Shown here: positions 61,656 to 64,000 of the stretch, piece by piece
How the letters are laid out: each line of letters starts with the position of its first letter
Position numbering within the stretch: the first letter of the stretch is position 1
Assembly: GCA_047285805.1 (NCBI GenBank)
Contig: JBJBCN010000002.1
Coordinates: 736,001 to 800,000 of the forward strand
DNA length: 64,000 bases
Source of the DNA: Synechococcus sp.
GTDB lineage: Bacteria > Cyanobacteriota > Cyanobacteriia > PCC-6307 > Cyanobiaceae
Direction: 5' to 3'
Program-made: the position numbers and the translations under genes
Notes under the pieces: generated by a model
The model's input: the letters and a program-made list of their open reading frames with translations, nothing else
Database searches by the model: none
What the model was told of the DNA's origin: nothing

Positions 61656-62681
61656 ATGCCCCTCGCCCCAGGCGGCCTGTTGGAGCTCACCCCGGAGGGT
61701 CTCTACTGCGCGGCGGCTGGCGCCTGGATCGATCCCTGGCGGCCGGTCCCCAGGGCCCTGATCACCCACGCCCACGCGGACCATGCCCGGCCTGGGTGCG
61801 GCGAGTACTGGGCGGTGGCGTCCAGCGAAGGGATCCTGCGGGAGCGGCTGGGGGCAGAGATCACCCTGCTGCCGGTGGGCTACGGCGACCTCAACCGCAT
61901 TGGCGAGGCGCGGGTCTCCTTTCATTCCGCCGGCCATGTCCTCGGATCGGCCCAGATCCGCCTGGAAGCCGGTGGGGAAAGCTGGCTGGTCAGCGGCGAT
62001 TACAAGCGCTGCCACGACCCCAGTTGCACACCGTTCGAACCCGTCCAGGCGGACGTCTTCATCAGCGAGGCCACCTTCGGCCTACCGATCTACCGCTGGG
62101 AAACCGGAGCGGCGGTCGCCCGCCAAATCCTGAGCTGGTGGCAGGCCGAGCCAGAGAAGCCATCGGTGCTCTTCTGCTACGCCTTTGGCAAGGCCCAGCG
62201 CGTTCTGGCGGAGCTGCATCAACTGGGAGTGGAGGAGACGGTCCTTCTCCACGGCGCCGTCGATCGACTGATGGGGCCCTATCGCGAGGCGGGCGTCGCG
62301 TTGCCTCCGACGATGGCTCTCTCCCAGGTGCCCAAGGGGGAGTCTTTGGCGGGGCGTCTGGTCATTGCGCCACCTGCGGCCCACCGCAGTCGCGGCATGG
62401 CTCGCCTGGCCAAGGCACAAAACGGTTTCGTCAGCGGCTGGATGGCCGTCCGCGGTGCCCGCCGTCGCCGGGGCTATGGCCGCGGTTTCGTCATGAGCGA
62501 TCACGCCGACTGGGCGGGCTTGGTGCGCAGCGTGCAGGAGAGCCAGGCGCAACAGATCTATGTGACCCACGGCCAAAGCACGGTCCTTTCCAGATATCTA
62601 CGAGAGATGGAGGGGATTAACGCGGAACCCCTCGAGGGGACTTTTGAGGCCGAACGGTTTGATGAGGAGGAGACGTCATGA
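61656..62681 (+). CDS. Ligase-associated DNA damage response exonuclease (MBL/beta-CASP)
   Basis: ITHAHADH, AGHVLGSA, SGDYK, SDHADW. Confidence 0.92.
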   Translation: MPLAPGGLLELTPEGLYCAAAGAWIDPWRPVPRALITHAHADHARPGCGEYWAVASSEGILRERLGAEITLLPVGYGDLNRIGEARVSFHSAGHVLGSAQIRLEAGGESWLVSGDYKRCHDPSCTPFEPVQADVFISEATFGLPIYRWETGAAVARQILSWWQAEPEKPSVLFCYAFGKAQRVLAELHQLGVEETVLLHGAVDRLMGPYREAGVALPPTMALSQVPKGESLAGRLVIAPPAAHRSRGMARLAKAQNGFVSGWMAVRGARRRRGYGRGFVMSDHADWAGLVRSVQESQAQQIYVTHGQSTVLSRYLREMEGINAEPLEGTFEAERFDEEETS

Positions 62682-64000
62682 AGGCCTTCTCCCGGCTGTT
62701 TTCCGAGCTGGACTGCACCAGCGGCACTACGGCCAAGTTGGAGGCCCTGGAGGCCTACTTCCGCAGTGCCCCCCCTGAAGATGCCGCCTGGGCCCTCGCC
62801 CTCCTACTGGGGAAACGCCGCAAACGACTGATCAGCGGTCGACGCCTACGGGAGATCTGTCTGCATGCGATGGCCTTACCGGATTGGTTGTTCGAGGCCT
62901 GCAGCAATCAGGTTGGTGATTCCGCTGAAACGGTCTCGTTGCTGTGGAGCCAAAAGCAACCTGGTCCAATGGCACCGAGTGCCGAGCGCAGCCTGAGCGA
63001 CTGGATGGTGCAGGTCTTGCCTGCGCTGGCGGCAGCGGAGGGGGACGCGCAGGAGGCCGCGGTGGTGCGCACCTGGCAGAGCCTGCCAACTGGGGAGCTG
63101 CTGCTGATCAACAAGTTGCTCAGCGGCGGCTTTCGCGTTGGCGTCTCCACCGGTCTGGTGACCCGCGGCGTCGCCCGCAGCGCTGGACTCGATGAAGCCC
63201 TGATTGCCCATCGCCTGATGGGAGGGTTCAACCCATCGGCCGAGACCTATGGGGCCCTGACCGCAGAGGCCAGTGATGCGGATGCGCTCGCCGCCCGTCC
63301 GTTCCCGTTTTTCCTCGCCAGCCCGATCGAACTCGAGCAGATCGAGCAGACCCCCGCCGATCAGTGGCAGGTGGAGTGGAAGTGGGACGGGATTCGCGGA
63401 CAGCTGATCCACCGCAGTGGTGGCTGCAGCCTTTGGAGCCGCGGTGAAGACCTGATTAATGAGGCCTTCCCTGAGCTGATCGACCTGGCGGTCTCCCTTC
63501 CCCAGGGGACGGTGCTCGATGGCGAGATCTTGATCTGGAAAGCGGACTCGAGCACTCCGGAATCCTTTGCCACCCTGCAACGACGGCTCGGGCGCAAGGC
63601 ACCAAGCCGAGCGCTGCAAAAGGACTGTCCGGCGGCCTTCGTGGCCTACGACCTGCTGGAACTGGACGGGGTGGACCAGCGCCAAACCCCCCTCGAGCAA
63701 CGGCGCCGGCGGCTGGAAGCCCTCGTTCAGGGCTGGAGCGAGACCGAGCGGGATGCGCGCTCACGGCTGCGTCTCTCGGAGACACCGCCCCTGAGGCGTT
63801 GGGGTGAGCTCGAGGGCTTACGGGAGCAAGCTCGCCAGAAGGGTGCGGAGGGCTTGATGCTCAAGGCCAAGCCCTCGCCCTATCTGATGGGGCGCAAACG
63901 AGGCCACTGGTGGAAACACAAGCTCGAGCCCTTCCACCTCGATGCGGTGCTGCTTTACGCCCAGGCCGGTAGCGGTCGACGGGCCAACCTCTACACGGAT
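62678..64000 (+). CDS. ATP-dependent DNA ligase (runs off the window end)
   Basis: ATG 62678 MKAFSRLF; EWKWDGIR adenylation motif, LDGE, EGLMLK, WWKHK; absent from ORF track because no stop in window. Confidence 0.93.
   Translation, partial: MKAFSRLFSELDCTSGTTAKLEALEAYFRSAPPEDAAWALALLLGKRRKRLISGRRLREICLHAMALPDWLFEACSNQVGDSAETVSLLWSQKQPGPMAPSAERSLSDWMVQVLPALAAAEGDAQEAAVVRTWQSLPTGELLLINKLLSGGFRVGVSTGLVTRGVARSAGLDEALIAHRLMGGFNPSAETYGALTAEASDADALAARPFPFFLASPIELEQIEQTPADQWQVEWKWDGIRGQLIHRSGGCSLWSRGEDLINEAFPELIDLAVSLPQGTVLDGEILIWKADSSTPESFATLQRRLGRKAPSRALQKDCPAAFVAYDLLELDGVDQRQTPLEQRRRRLEALVQGWSETERDARSRLRLSETPPLRRWGELEGLREQARQKGAEGLMLKAKPSPYLMGRKRGHWWKHKLEPFHLDAVLLYAQAGSGRRANLYTD

Noticed and set aside
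61656..64000. Exonuclease plus ATP-dependent ligase as a novel system
   Set aside because: Matches the already described ligase-associated DNA damage response operon.

Overview
GC-rich chromosomal window from a picocyanobacterium (Synechococcus/Cyanobium-like, inferred from psaK, petN, psb29, dxs, ftsH, the bifunctional pyrF-pyrE and typical cyanobacterial DUF genes). Most of it is ordinary core genome (dxs, ilvA, scpB, pyk, ftsH, clpP, clpS, purK, 6S RNA, recQ, aroB, nadA, class I aldolase, exonuclease/ATP-dependent ligase). Two accessory regions stand out. (1) A ~2.7 kb integrative islet at 26873-29594 is bounded by a 27/30 bp direct repeat that duplicates the 3' end of a protein-coding gene, so the host protein appears to carry an element-supplied C-terminus. 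Its tyrosine integrase is decayed, with the catalytic box hidden between two compensating frameshifts. (2) A ~7.4 kb partly AT-rich island at 40939-48349, between the DUF2103 gene and 6S RNA, holds small ORFs, pseudogenes and several structured non-coding elements. These include two diverged copies of a candidate sRNA module with identical internal spacing, one beside a perfect NtcA box. Several probable small genes (petN and others under 60 aa) are missing from the ORF track. All family calls come from motif recognition by eye; no database searches were run.
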